Shown: positions 8,878 through 19,351, counted from the stretch's first letter. The stretch: 64,000 nucleotides of DNA from Calditrichia bacterium (GCA_963777955.1 CAVZSQ010000015.1:192001-256000), one strand, 5' to 3'. The notes: generated by a model from the sequence alone, not told the origin. Made by a program: numbers and translations.

Positions 8878-10273
8878 TTAATTTTTGGATATCTTCAGCA
8901 GTTGTCTGCTAAAATTATTTCTAAGTCCGGCTGCAGGTCTGCTGTGCGACCGGTTTGAGAGATTTTTTTTCCAGCCGGAAAATTTCTTATAAATTTTATT
9001 TTCCAGCCGGGCCAGTTTCAGGCGCCAGGCGGTCAATTTTTTCAGACGAAAATCGTAGCCGTCGTACCAGTGATCAGAGGTTAACAGACCCGCCTGCTTA
9101 TATTGTCGGTAAGACAAACTGCCCCGGTACAATTCCAATCGTTCATTGATGGAAATCCTGCAATTCTTACTGTTGAAATATTTTTTCTGGACCATGAATA
9201 ACACGAAGTACTGTTTGATCAGATCGCGCAGGCGGGTATAAGCGTCAGCCAGGATCACCGAGACGATACAATCAATTTTCAACCGCTTTAAAGTGATCAA
9301 GGCCTTCAGATTCTGCCGTACCGTGGTTCCCTTGCCAAAACGGTTCAGTTGATCCTGATCGAAAGACTCAACCCCCAGAAAAACACGTTGTAAACCTGAT
9401 CTTTTAAGATGTATCAAGACCTGGCGATCGATTGAATCCACCCGGCACATCATTTCAAAACTGACCGACAGGTTCCGCCGGGCCAGTTCGGCGGCCAGAA
9501 TTTCGGCACGTTGACGGTTGTGTACGCCGCGGGTTAAGAAATTATCATCATTCAGAATGAAATAGGTGCAGCGATAAGTTCTGGCCAGGTGCTCCAGTTC
9601 ATCTACAAATTTTGCGATGGAACGGCTGCGCCATTTTTTACCCGGACTGCTGGTGTAAAAAGAATTGATGTCGCAAAATGAACAATTCCCCCAGCAACCC
9701 CGCGAAGCATAAACCCGCAGGTGACCTGTTTTTTTAATCAGCCTGTCGGCATATTTGCGATCGACCATGGGCAGACTGTCCAGATCGTAAATAAGGGGCC
9801 GGGGAGGATTATGCCGCAACTGCCCATTAAGACTGATATGAAATTCCCGGAATCCCGGTCAGAGGTTTATGGCCCCGACCTGCAAGGGAATACATCAAGT
9901 CCAGCAGGGTATACTCCCCTTCTCCACGTACAATAAAATCGATGGCAGGTACATTTTTTAAAAGTTCATCGGCATGAAAAGTTGGGAAATATCCACCAGC
10001 TAGCACAGGTCCGCTGAAACCGGTCTGTTTTATCTGTTGAATCAAGGACAGCCCCTGCTCTTTAGTCTGATCCAGCATGGAAATCCCAATAGATTTTGGT
10101 TGTATGTGACGCATTTTTTGTATGACAGCCGGGATATCCAGATCTTCCAGTACCATATCCAAGGTGTCAACCTTGAAACCGTATTGAGTAAGAAAGGCCT
10201 TCAAACTGGCAATACCCAGATGTTCACTGATAACATCGCTCTTAACACCAGGATGAATTAACAAGAGATCCAT
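8878..10273 (-). CDS. B12-binding domain radical SAM enzyme (class B methyltransferase-like); one gene split by a 1-nt frameshift near 9830
   Basis: N-part has a cobalamin-binding domain (HLGIASLKAFL, IGISM, GGYFPT, DFIVRGEGE); C-part has ASRGCWGNCSFC (CxxxCxxC), DDNF, RVD, FLGVES. Removing one base gives ...GISYQLNGQLRHNPPRP. Likely start ATG at 10273 after AGAGGGA RBS. Confidence 0.9.
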
Positions 10274-10304
10274 AATAATCCCTCTAAAAGATGAAAAATA
10301 CATA

Positions 10305-10320
10305 TGCCATATTCATGCCA
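10305..10320 (-). promoter_or_regulatory. Sigma-54 (-24/-12) promoter for the radical SAM operon
   Basis: TGGCATGAATATGGCA: GG-N10-GC spacing, close to the TGGCAC-N5-TTGCW consensus, ~30 nt upstream of ATG 10273; a GAFTGA activator lies downstream in the same gene cluster. Confidence 0.8.
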
Positions 10321-10349
10321 TTTTATTGTAAAAACGACAACTCCAATAA

Positions 10350-10362
10350 TATGAAGTAGTTA
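10350..10362 (+). promoter_or_regulatory. Possible IHF binding site between enhancer sites and the sigma-54 promoter
   Basis: TATGAAGTAGTTA, one mismatch to WATCAANNNNTTR, at the position typical for sigma-54 promoters. Confidence 0.4.
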
Positions 10363-10405
10363 GCCAATCCAGGCTTTCGAGCATAAATTATAAGATCAAA
10401 AAAAG

Positions 10406-10488
10406 TGTGAACGATCGATCAAAAAAATTGACCGATCGTTCACACTCGGTATGAACAATCGGTCAAAAAATGAGAACAATCGTTCACA
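10406..10488. promoter_or_regulatory. Four tandem 18-bp palindromic sites (consensus TGTGAACGATCGTTCACA), probable enhancer (UAS) array
   Basis: tgtgaacgatcgatcaaa (10406-10423), attgaccgatcgttcaca (10427-10444), tatgaacaatcggtcaaa (10450-10467), tgagaacaatcgttcaca (10471-10488); spacing 21, 23 and 21 bp. Confidence 0.8.
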
Positions 10489-10828
10489 CGGATGGGAAGT
10501 CCCGCACTTTTTTGCAACTTTTTTGAGATAAAGCTGAATATACGATATTAGAAATTCGGCTCTTCACTGATATTTTGAGTTGTTTTTGCAGTTCAAAGAA
10601 TGCTCTCGGTCAATTCCAGGGCAAAATAATTCTTGTATATAAATATTTAATAAACAATATCTTATATATTTATTGTCTTATCGGCGATTTAAAAATTCCG
10701 GGAAAAATTAAAACGATTCAATGGAGCAGATATCTATCCGAAGGGCTTAAAAAAAATTATAAATTTTTTTCAAAATATTTAATAAAAATTAGATCAATTT
10801 AATCGCTTAACTTCCGGTAAACTTAAGC

Positions 10829-10850
10829 AGTGTGAACTTTTGTTCACACT
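10829..10850. promoter_or_regulatory. Fifth copy of the TGTGAAC-N4-GTTCACA palindrome (distal site, or purM terminator hairpin)
   Basis: agtgtgaac-tttt-gttcacact perfect 9-bp inverted repeat with the same 18-bp core geometry. Confidence 0.55.
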
Positions 10851-10898
10851 AGCCGACGTGAGACACAATTTATCGGACAATTTGATGGATTAGCCGGC

Positions 10899-11889
10899 TT
10901 AAATAACCCCGCCAATGAGATAAGGTTGGAACTTGTCGGCTTTAATCAGCCTGTAAATTGCCTCAGTATCCACTGCCCTGACAATAAAGACCAGGCCGAT
11001 CCCCAAATTAAAGGTATTGCGCATATCTGATTCAGGGACCTGGCCCAGACGCTTTATCATCTTGAATATCGGAGGCCAGGACCAGGCCTGCCAATCTACC
11101 TGCAGTGATAATCCTGCCGGTAACAGGCGTTTGGTATTACCTATGATGCCACCACCGGTAATATGGGCTATCCCTTTAACCTGAACCCTTTTTCGTACAG
11201 ATTGGATCAGGTGAAGATAACTCAAATGGACCTGTAACAATTCAGCGCCCAAAGTACACCCCAGCTCGGGAATATAACTATCCACTTTTAATTTTTTAAG
11301 CAATATCCTGCGGGCCAGGGAATAGCCATTGGTATGTAAACCGCTGGAATTAACTCCGACCAATACATCTCCCCTTTTTATTTTTTTACCGTTAATGATA
11401 TTCAGCTTTTTCTACCACACCGATAATGGTACCCGACAGATCATATTCGCCCTGGCGGTACAGGTCGGGCATCTCCGCTGTCTCGCCGCCGATCAGGGCG
11501 CAATGATTATACTTACAACCGCGTACAAAACCTTTAATTACATTTTTAAAAGTTGCTGTTTCTAATTTTCCGGTGGCGAAATAATCCAGGAAAAAAAGCG
11601 GCTGCGCTCCGCCCACGGCAATATCGTTGACGCAATGATTTACTAAATCCTGGCCGATCGTATCATGTTTATCCATCAGGATAGCGACTTTTAATTTGGT
11701 CCCCACGCCATCCACGCTGGAGACCAGCACCGGTTGCCGGTACATACCCTTGTTGAAACTATACATTCCCCCAAAAAGACCCAGTTCAGTCAATACCTGG
11801 CGGCTATAGGTGGAATGAACCATTTTTTTAATCTGTTTTATGGCCAGGTTCCCCTTTTCGATGTCAACACCCGCCTTACGATAAGTCAT
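10899..11889 (-). CDS. purM: Phosphoribosylformylglycinamidine cyclo-ligase (frameshift near 11395)
   Basis: MTYRKAGVD, DGVGTK, GQDLVNHCVND, GGETAEMP in one frame; SSGLHTNGYSL, AHITGGG, TFNLGIG in the next. Confidence 0.95.
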
Positions 11890-11913
11890 TTTCACCTGCA
11901 GTATCCTCAGCAA

Positions 11914-12462
11914 TTATTCTATTATTAAGTCCAATGGTAATTTTAACTGTCGCAGATACTCATTACGGACCTGGTTAAAAAATTCCAATATCTGCGCTTG
12001 ACGATAATCCGGATAAGTCCAGGTCTGAATTTGAAATGATTGCTGCCGATAACAGAGATGCACATCTCCGTAAATGCCCTGCCCTAAATAGATCCGGTGT
12101 GAATAATCTTTGGTGGTGGCTAATAATACTTTAGCCGAAGTAATATAACCCGGATCGACATTGACCAGGCGCTTACCCTGCGAATTCTGTTTCTGCTCAA
12201 ACTCATTGGTACTTAACTTAATACCGGGTAAAGATTCTGGTATTATCATCCCGTTAAAAGCCACAATCAGCTTCGAAAGATCCGGGCCCATTTCATCTTG
12301 ATAATAGTCAGTGAACCGGGAAAAATTATATACTTCTGATTTAAACTCAATGGCAGCCAGGAGGCCGGCGATCCCGCTTAACAGGTCATCCCTTTTCACA
12401 GTACTGGCATATGTTACGGCAGCAAAAAGTTTAACCGGTACATGAGGTTTTACTTTTCCCAT
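11914..12462 (-). CDS. DUF4416 family protein
   Basis: TDYYQDEMG, RLVNVDPGY, LATTKDYSHRIYLGQGIY, WTYPDY motifs. Confidence 0.85.
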   Translation of the reverse strand: MGKVKPHVPVKLFAAVTYASTVKRDDLLSGIAGLLAAIEFKSEVYNFSRFTDYYQDEMGPDLSKLIVAFNGMIIPESLPGIKLSTNEFEQKQNSQGKRLVNVDPGYITSAKVLLATTKDYSHRIYLGQGIYGDVHLCYRQQSFQIQTWTYPDYRQAQILEFFNQVRNEYLRQLKLPLDLIIE

Positions 12463-12505
12463 TAAAATTTCAAGCAGTAATTCAAGTATGGATTACAATG
12501 CCGCT

Positions 12506-14296
12506 TCAGACCTGGTACATCTTTTCGATTTCATTCTTGAATTTTTCCAGAACCACTTTTCGTTTTATTTTCAGAGATGGGGTAAGTTCACCGGTCTCAA
12601 TGCTGAATGGTGCATCGGTGAGAATGAAATCTTTGATCGATTCATAACTGGCCAAACCATTATTAATATTATCAATATCGCTCTTAAATAATTGCCGGAC
12701 AGCGGGCAGGCTTATCAATTGACGCCGGTTTTCAACGGTAATACTATTATCTTTGGCCCATTTTTCAAGAGTTTCAAAAGCAGGTACTATCACGGCTGCG
12801 CAGAAACGTCTTTTATCACCTATAATTATAGCCTGCTCAATAAATTTACAGGTCACGAGTTGGTTCTCAATGGGTTGTGGAGCGATATTCTTGCCTCCGG
12901 ATGTAACAATTATATTCTTTTTCCTGTCGGTAATGGTAAGAAAGCCCTTTTCGTCGATAAAACCGATATCACCGGTATGAAACCACTTTTCCTCATCGAT
13001 TACTTCCCTGGTTTCATTCTCTTTATTAAAATAGCCCAGCATCACGTGGGGACCCCTGGTCAATATTTCACCATCCTCGGCGATTTTTACCTCGATGCCC
13101 GGTATTACCTGACCTACCGTACCAAACCGAAACTGCTCTTCTTTATTCACAGTAATCACCGGCGAGGTTTCGGTAAGGCCATACCCTTCGTAGATCATCA
13201 GGCCGGCAGCTCCAAAAAACTCGCCGATTTCCCTGGCTAAGGGAGCACCGCCCGATACAAAAAACCGCAACCTGCCCCCCACCCGCTCGGCTAACTTGCT
13301 GAAAACCAGTTTGTAGGCCAGATTTCGTTTAAATTGCAGGGTGGCACTGATCGGTTTTTTATTCATTACACATCCGATGTACTCTCTGCCCACCCCGATA
13401 GCCCAGTAAAAAATTTTGCGCTTTAAGTGGGATCCGCTTTCGACACTTTCCAGGACCCGGGCATAAATTTTTTCATATAACCTGGGTACGCTGGTCATTA
13501 CCGTAGGTTTTACTTCCCCCATATTCTGGGCTACCGTATCGATGCTCTCGGCATAGGCAATAGTCGATGCGCTGTAACAGGCCAGATAATGACCGGCCAT
13601 CCGTTCAAAGACATGGCATAAAGGTAAGAAAGAGAGAAATATATCTGTCTCATCGACATGCAGGCATTGCAAGGCACCTTCGATATTACTCATAAAATTA
13701 CCATGGGTTAACAGGGCGCCGCGTGGTTCTCCGGTAGTGCCGGAGGTGTAGATGATGGTAGCCTGGTCGGCTAAACTGGTTTTGGCAATTTCATTTTTTA
13801 TAAAATCGGGATTTTGTTTTAATAAATCTTCGCCCTGATTCATCAATTGCGCCAGGGTCATATACTGGCCATTGCCTGCCTCGGCATCGAATAAAATAAT
13901 GTTTTTCAAAGCCGGACAGTGGGCTTTAACTGATTCCAGTTTGGTCAACTGGATCCGGTTGGAACAGAGTACAGTTTTTGCCGCTGAATCTTTGAGCAGG
14001 TATTCCACCTGGTTAGGCAGCAAAGAGGGATAAATGGGGACATTGATCGCACCCAGCATAAGGATAGCGTAATCAGCAAAAGCCCATTCATAGCGGTTTT
14101 CGGAAAGCACGGCTATTTTTTCACCGCGTTTTACACCCAGAGTATTAAGTCCGGCGGCGATTCTCTTTACTTGCCCTAAAGATTCATTAAAACTGATGGA
14201 TTTATATTGACCTTCATGTTTGTACATATAGGCGCTGCGCTCCTGCATCCGCTCAGCATTTACTACAAACATTTCTGCTAAATTTTTAAAACGCAT
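12506..14296 (-). CDS. fadD: Long-chain fatty acid--CoA ligase (AMP-binding)
   Basis: IIYTSGTTGEPRG, EGYGLTE, WFHTGDIG, TDRKKNIIVTSGGKNIAP. Confidence 0.9.
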   Translation of the reverse strand: MRFKNLAEMFVVNAERMQERSAYMYKHEGQYKSISFNESLGQVKRIAAGLNTLGVKRGEKIAVLSENRYEWAFADYAILMLGAINVPIYPSLLPNQVEYLLKDSAAKTVLCSNRIQLTKLESVKAHCPALKNIILFDAEAGNGQYMTLAQLMNQGEDLLKQNPDFIKNEIAKTSLADQATIIYTSGTTGEPRGALLTHGNFMSNIEGALQCLHVDETDIFLSFLPLCHVFERMAGHYLACYSASTIAYAESIDTVAQNMGEVKPTVMTSVPRLYEKIYARVLESVESGSHLKRKIFYWAIGVGREYIGCVMNKKPISATLQFKRNLAYKLVFSKLAERVGGRLRFFVSGGAPLAREIGEFFGAAGLMIYEGYGLTETSPVITVNKEEQFRFGTVGQVIPGIEVKIAEDGEILTRGPHVMLGYFNKENETREVIDEEKWFHTGDIGFIDEKGFLTITDRKKNIIVTSGGKNIAPQPIENQLVTCKFIEQAIIIGDKRRFCAAVIVPAFETLEKWAKDNSITVENRRQLISLPAVRQLFKSDIDNINNGLASYESIKDFILTDAPFSIETGELTPSLKIKRKVVLEKFKNEIEKMYQV

Positions 14297-14351
14297 AAAT
14301 CCTCCGCATATTTTGAAAAGGAAGGAAGGCTACAAAGAATTATTTTTTGAA

Positions 14352-14380
14352 AATATAGGTAAGCCTGAGAATTGAATCAA
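14352..14380 (-). promoter_or_regulatory. Putative sigma-70 promoter for fadD-DUF4416-purM
   Basis: TTGATT-N17-TATATT on the minus strand. Confidence 0.55.
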
Positions 14381-14383
14381 TAC

Positions 14384-15628
14384 TTATGTATTTTTCTTTT
14401 GACCTGCAATCTTTTGCCTTAAGCGCTGCAGGCGATGCCGGAATTGGTTTTGTTCAACATGATAAGTATCTGCATCCGCAGTGCTTAATTCAGCCATCAA
14501 ATCCAGATATTCCAGGGCTTGTTCGGTATGGAATTTCGCCTGAACCAGATCGGCTTTATAATGTTCATAATATTTGGCCAGTTCTTCATGGGCGAACAGG
14601 GTATTTTTACCCAGGCGTATCAATTCATGCCAGATTGATTCAGCCTGTTCCCATTTACCTGATCGTTTCAGCAACAGGCTGAACGCTGTCAAGGTCAGGT
14701 CGGAAGGAAGATTGCCCCTGTTTCTGATTTGCTCCAGGAAAACCGCCGAACGATCCAGATCCAGGTTTCTGATTGCAACGTTGCACAGGTTCTGCAATTC
14801 CTGCTCATGCAGCGATTGCTGATCAGCAATATTTTCCAACCAGTTAAAATGAAATAATAACCGGCCCAGGGTGAGAATGTCCTGCTGATTATGCTCAATT
14901 ACACGCAGTATATCCGCGGTGTTTCCGGCGCGGATGAATTCGAAATAAACCTGCGGGATCAGCGCACCGGGAATGTCATTTACCCGGGAAAAATTAAATA
15001 TGCGGGTTTCAATATTGTTCAAGCTGCAGGATTCTAACAGCGTTTTCCAGACGCGCCGTGCCGGATGCAGCAGGTCCAAATGCCGGTACGCTCTGAATGG
15101 ATTCTCAAGTCTGTTCATGATAAAACGGTTATTCAGTACCGGATAATCAAAAGACTTGCCATTAAAGGAAACCAATATATTTTTTCCGCTAAATGAGCGG
15201 ATCAGTTCCAGAAAGGCCGTATTCTCCAGGCCGTAATCGGGCAGGAAATATTGAATGATTTCGAGGCCATGTGCGCTGAAGACTCCGAATCCCAGCAGGA
15301 AAGGAAACGTGCCGGTCCCGCCTGCTAAACCGGTGGTTTCAAGATCAAATAAAACGGTATCGCTGAGTGAAACCTGTTCAGTGAATTCTCTCCGCGTCAA
15401 TACCGGCAAATGGATGGACGGACTGCTGCCGGAGGCAAAGTCCTGCTTTGCTTCAGGCCAGAAGGAGGCATAAGGGTATTCCTTTACGATGCGGATTACT
15501 GTTGGAGAATCCGGATTGAGCGGGTATCCCCCCGATTGCAGGCATAACTCTTTGATAGGAATCGCTGCTTTTGGTTGTGGAACAGTACCGGCAACTTTGT
15601 ATCTTTTCAGTTTTTCGATGATGTCCAT
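14384..15628 (-). CDS. YprB/MrfB-like DEDDh exonuclease (RNase_H_2) with C-terminal TPRs
   Basis: FDLETTGLAGGTG, SFNGKSFD, HLDLLH, HNQQD; ELAKYYEH TPR; directly downstream of an MrfA-like helicase. Confidence 0.85.
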   Translation of the reverse strand: MDIIEKLKRYKVAGTVPQPKAAIPIKELCLQSGGYPLNPDSPTVIRIVKEYPYASFWPEAKQDFASGSSPSIHLPVLTRREFTEQVSLSDTVLFDLETTGLAGGTGTFPFLLGFGVFSAHGLEIIQYFLPDYGLENTAFLELIRSFSGKNILVSFNGKSFDYPVLNNRFIMNRLENPFRAYRHLDLLHPARRVWKTLLESCSLNNIETRIFNFSRVNDIPGALIPQVYFEFIRAGNTADILRVIEHNQQDILTLGRLLFHFNWLENIADQQSLHEQELQNLCNVAIRNLDLDRSAVFLEQIRNRGNLPSDLTLTAFSLLLKRSGKWEQAESIWHELIRLGKNTLFAHEELAKYYEHYKADLVQAKFHTEQALEYLDLMAELSTADADTYHVEQNQFRHRLQRLRQKIAGQKKNT

Positions 15629-15667
15629 GACATAAGGAACTTAGTGCTTCTTCGGTGTATCCCAGGT

Positions 15668-17933
15668 TCAGAGCAGGGCTTTCAATATTTTCTGTGCGCT
15701 GGCTTTTCCATACAACCCCGCTTCAAGCGGCGGTCCGATACAGGAAGGACAGCCATTCTCACAACTGCAGCTGCCGATGTGATCGAAGACGGTCTGGAAG
15801 ATCAGGTTATCCAGATTATAGACTTTTTTACTCAGTCCCACTCCACCCGGATACTTATCATAAACATAAATAGTCGGCTTGTTGGAGAATGGCGAACGAA
15901 CCATAGGTACCACGCTGATATCGTTCCGGTCGCACATAATATACAATGGTATCAGGTTTTGCAGAACATAAGCGATACCCTTAATGCCCTCCCCGATCAC
16001 CGATTCCTGAAAGTAGGGATCGGAGAACAGTTGTTCGGGAAATTCAAACCAGGCTGAGGTGGAATGCATTTCCATTTCCGGCAGAAAAATTCTACCCATC
16101 CCGACGTTCTCATGCGTAAAGAATTTTACTTTTTTAAAAGAGGTGGCCACGGTAGTAACCGCAACTTCACCCAGACATTTTTTATAGCGCCGGGCTATCA
16201 ACTCCTCCTGATCAACCTGCAATACTTTAAGATCGGTTTTGGCAATTGCATCCGTATAATAATCGCATTCGGTCTCGCTGACATAGGCTTTCTTGCCTTC
16301 CCAGTCCAGTTCGTTCACCTGGAACTGCCGGCTTTCATGCAGGTAGATTGCTTCCTTGTGGACTAACAGCGGAGCAGAAAACAGATCCACTTCACCAATG
16401 ATCCGGTTATTATCTGATTGATTGATGATGACCACATTATTGGGATTGGCATTGCGCAGGCTTACTTCATCCGCAGGAAAAACTTCCTGCATCCAGAAAT
16501 ATTTGCCCGTCTGTTTCTCTCAGGATGCGTTCATCACGGAGATACTGCAATAGTTTCTGGGTGGCATCGGTACCAAAATGTTCCTCGGTGGTAAACGGCA
16601 GTTCGAAGGCGGCACATTTAAGATGACTCATCATCACCAGCAAATTATTGGCATCGATATTGGCGGTTTCGGGATTTTTACCAAAAAAATAGGAGGGGTG
16701 CTCAATAATGTACTGATCCAGGGGTGCGCTGCTGGCCACCATTATTGAGACTGAAGTAGTCTGACGCCTTCCGGCTCGTCCGGCCTGTTGCCAGGTACTG
16801 GCAATACTGCCCGGATATCCGGATAGTATCGATAAATCAAGTTGACCGATATCGATGCCCAGTTCCAGGGCATTGGTACTGACGACTACCTGGATACTGC
16901 CATCGCGTAATCCGCGTTCGATCTCCCTGCGTTCATTGGGCAGGTAACCGCCGCGATAACCCCGGATTTTATTGGGTTCAATTTTCAAGGATTTGGCAAC
17001 TTCCTTAAGATAGGTTACCAGAATTTCAACATTAAGCCTGCTGCGGGCAAAGACGATGGACTGTATGCCTGTCGGCAGGAACAGCCGGACTATTTTTCTT
17101 ATTTCATTCAGTACCGAATTGCGTATGCCCAATTCCTTATTTACCACGGGGGGATTATAAAAAATAAAATGTCTTTCCCCGCTGGGAGCGCCGTTTTCAT
17201 CCACAAGTTCCACCGGTGCTTCGATAACTTTCGCAGTTATTTCTTCCGGATTGGCAATAGTAGCAGAGCAACAGATAAAGACGGGATGACTGCCATAGAA
17301 TTCACAGATACGCTTCAACCGCCGCAGCACATTGGCCAGATGGCTGCCGAAAATACCTTTATAGGAATGTATTTCATCGATGACGATATATTTTAAATTC
17401 TCAAACAATTTGATCCACAAGGTATGATGAGGCAATATTCCCTGATGCAGCATATCGGGATTGGTCACGACTATATGCCCGGCCGAGCGGATGGTCCGGC
17501 GCACATCTGCCGGTGTATCTCCATCGAAGGTATAGCACAGAATGCGCTCCCCTAATCTTTCGATCAGATCGTTTAATTCATGCACCTGATCCTGGGCCAG
17601 GGCTTTGGTCGGAAACAGATACAGCGATCTTTGTTCGGGATTTTTCAGCAAATTGCACAGAACGGGCAGATTATAGGTCAGGGTCTTGCCCGAAGCGGTG
17701 GGGGTGACGACCACAACATTCTTACCCTGCTGAATTTTCTCAAAAGTCAGGACCTGATGCCGGTAAAGTGCAGAAATTCCACTTTGTTTCAAAACCTGAA
17801 TAACCTTATCCGGAATAGAGTCCGGAAAGGGGGCATAAACGGCTGACTGGGCGGGAATAGTTTTCCAGGAAGTTACATTGCGTGTGAATTCAGGTTTGGA
17901 GCCTAAATATTCAATTAATTGGGCAAGGTTCAT
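15668..17933 (-). CDS. YprA/MrfA (Hrq1/SftH-like) DEAH helicase with C-terminal DUF1998 Cys domain; frameshift near 16490
   Basis: TPTASGKT, PTKALAQDQ, DEIH, SATIAN, QQAGRAGRR; C-terminal CDRNDI...YPGGVG...CSCENGCPSC. Confidence 0.92.
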
Positions 17934-18023
17934 TCAAACCCTAATAACAGCATAAATTTACCTGCTTACACCCGCAGCGATCGACGTGCAAGGTTGTCGG
18001 CAGGAATATCGCTCGAAGATAAT

Positions 18024-19351
18024 TTATAAACTCGCCATAGCGGCGTCGATCTGTTCAAGTACTTTGGATAAACTAAAATCTTCGTTTTTCTGATCCAGAT
18101 CGAGTTCATAGATATCATAATTTCCACGGCGATCACTGTGAAATAAAATTTTCCGGCCATCCGCTGAAAAAATCGGATTTAAATCATCAGCCGGATTTGC
18201 GGTCAGCTTTTGTTCATTGCTGCCATCACTATTCATCATATAAATTTCATAATTGCCGTCACGGTCCGAGAAGAAGACCAGGCGTGTGTTGTCAAAATTA
18301 AGATCCGGAGCAACATTATCAGCAGGCATACCGGCACTGATTTGCTGAACGTCTGCAGTATTTGGAGTCATTTTATATATGGCATAATTCCCGTCCCGGT
18401 TGGAATCATAATACAGGGCATCTGTTTCGCCGCCCGACATTACGGGTCCGCCATCCATTTGTTCACCCTTGGTGAGTTCCTGTTGAAAACTGCCATCCGT
18501 TTCCATTATGAAGACATGGCTGAATAATTCAACCGGACTTACATCTCTCAAGTCATTTCTCTCTGAAACAAAGGCAATAAACTTACCATCGGAAGAAAAC
18601 CGCGGGCGCCAGTCATTGGAACTATTGGCGGTTAAATTGATTTCGCGGTTGGCCGAACGGTCATATACATAGATGTCTCTTAATTTTTGATTATAATCCA
18701 CATCCCGATGATCATCCTGGTTGGAAGTGTAAACAATTAATTTAGAGTCGGGCGAATAATCCGGATTTTCTTCATCCGAAGTTTTGAAAGTCAACTGGGT
18801 GCTGCTCTGGGCGGCCAGGTTATATTCAAAAATATCCCAGTTGTTTCCCTGGTAGGTCTGATACAGTATTTTCGTGCCATCCGGCGAGTATACACCGAAA
18901 GCTTCCGGCGCAGGACTGGCAATAATGGGAGTCACTTTATACAAGTCCAGGAATTTAGGCGCAATGCGAGACAGGTACTGCTGGCTATCCAGTCCGAGTA
19001 AAATTTCTTTATAGGCCTGGTATGCTTTTTTTCTTTCCCCGATTTTCAGTGCTAAATCCGCATAATTATATTTCAGGTCTGTCTGGGTGGGATTAATGCG
19101 CAGGGCCTCTTCATAGGTTTGCAGGGCTTCCGTATCGCGGCCGATCTGCTCATATTCTTTCGCCAATTGATACCGCCATTCCATTTTATTCGGTTCATCC
19201 TCAATATGCTTGCGCAGTTCAACGATACGGGCGTTGGATTCTTTTTCCAGAACTTCACGGGACATGGCCTTCACTACCCTTCCTGGCATTACCGCAGGCC
19301 GCAATCACAATCATTAGCAGACAGACTGACAAAAATTTTTAAATATTTCAT
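18024..19351 (-). CDS. TPR + TolB-like (PD40 repeat beta-propeller) lipoprotein; 5' end frameshifted
   Basis: SPDG/PD40-type repeats, SDRDGNYEIY; upstream RBS AGGAGGAG + ATG at 19351 and an out-of-frame lipobox LLMIVIAAC. Confidence 0.8.

Noticed and set aside
10274..10303. ORF-track start at 10303 (MYFSSFRGII) for the radical SAM gene
   Set aside because: That ATG abuts the -12 element and lies upstream of the predicted transcription start; ATG 10273 has an AGAGGGA RBS.
10404..10488. Repeat array as a mini-CRISPR or terminator
   Set aside because: Units are 18 bp separated by only 3-5 nt, with no unique spacers and no cas genes; position upstream of a -24/-12 box fits operator sites.
10406..10488. 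CRP/FNR binding sites
   Set aside because: Half-sites resemble CRP (TGTGA/TCACA) but the spacer is 8 bp rather than 6, and the inner bases are also conserved.
10575..10802. 75-aa plus-strand ORF in the AT-rich spacer
   Set aside because: TTG start without RBS and low-complexity I/K/Y composition typical of spurious ORFs in AT-rich DNA.
4170..10898. Accessory block as a transposon, ICE or prophage
   Set aside because: No transposase/integrase gene and no flanking direct or terminal inverted repeats detected by eye.
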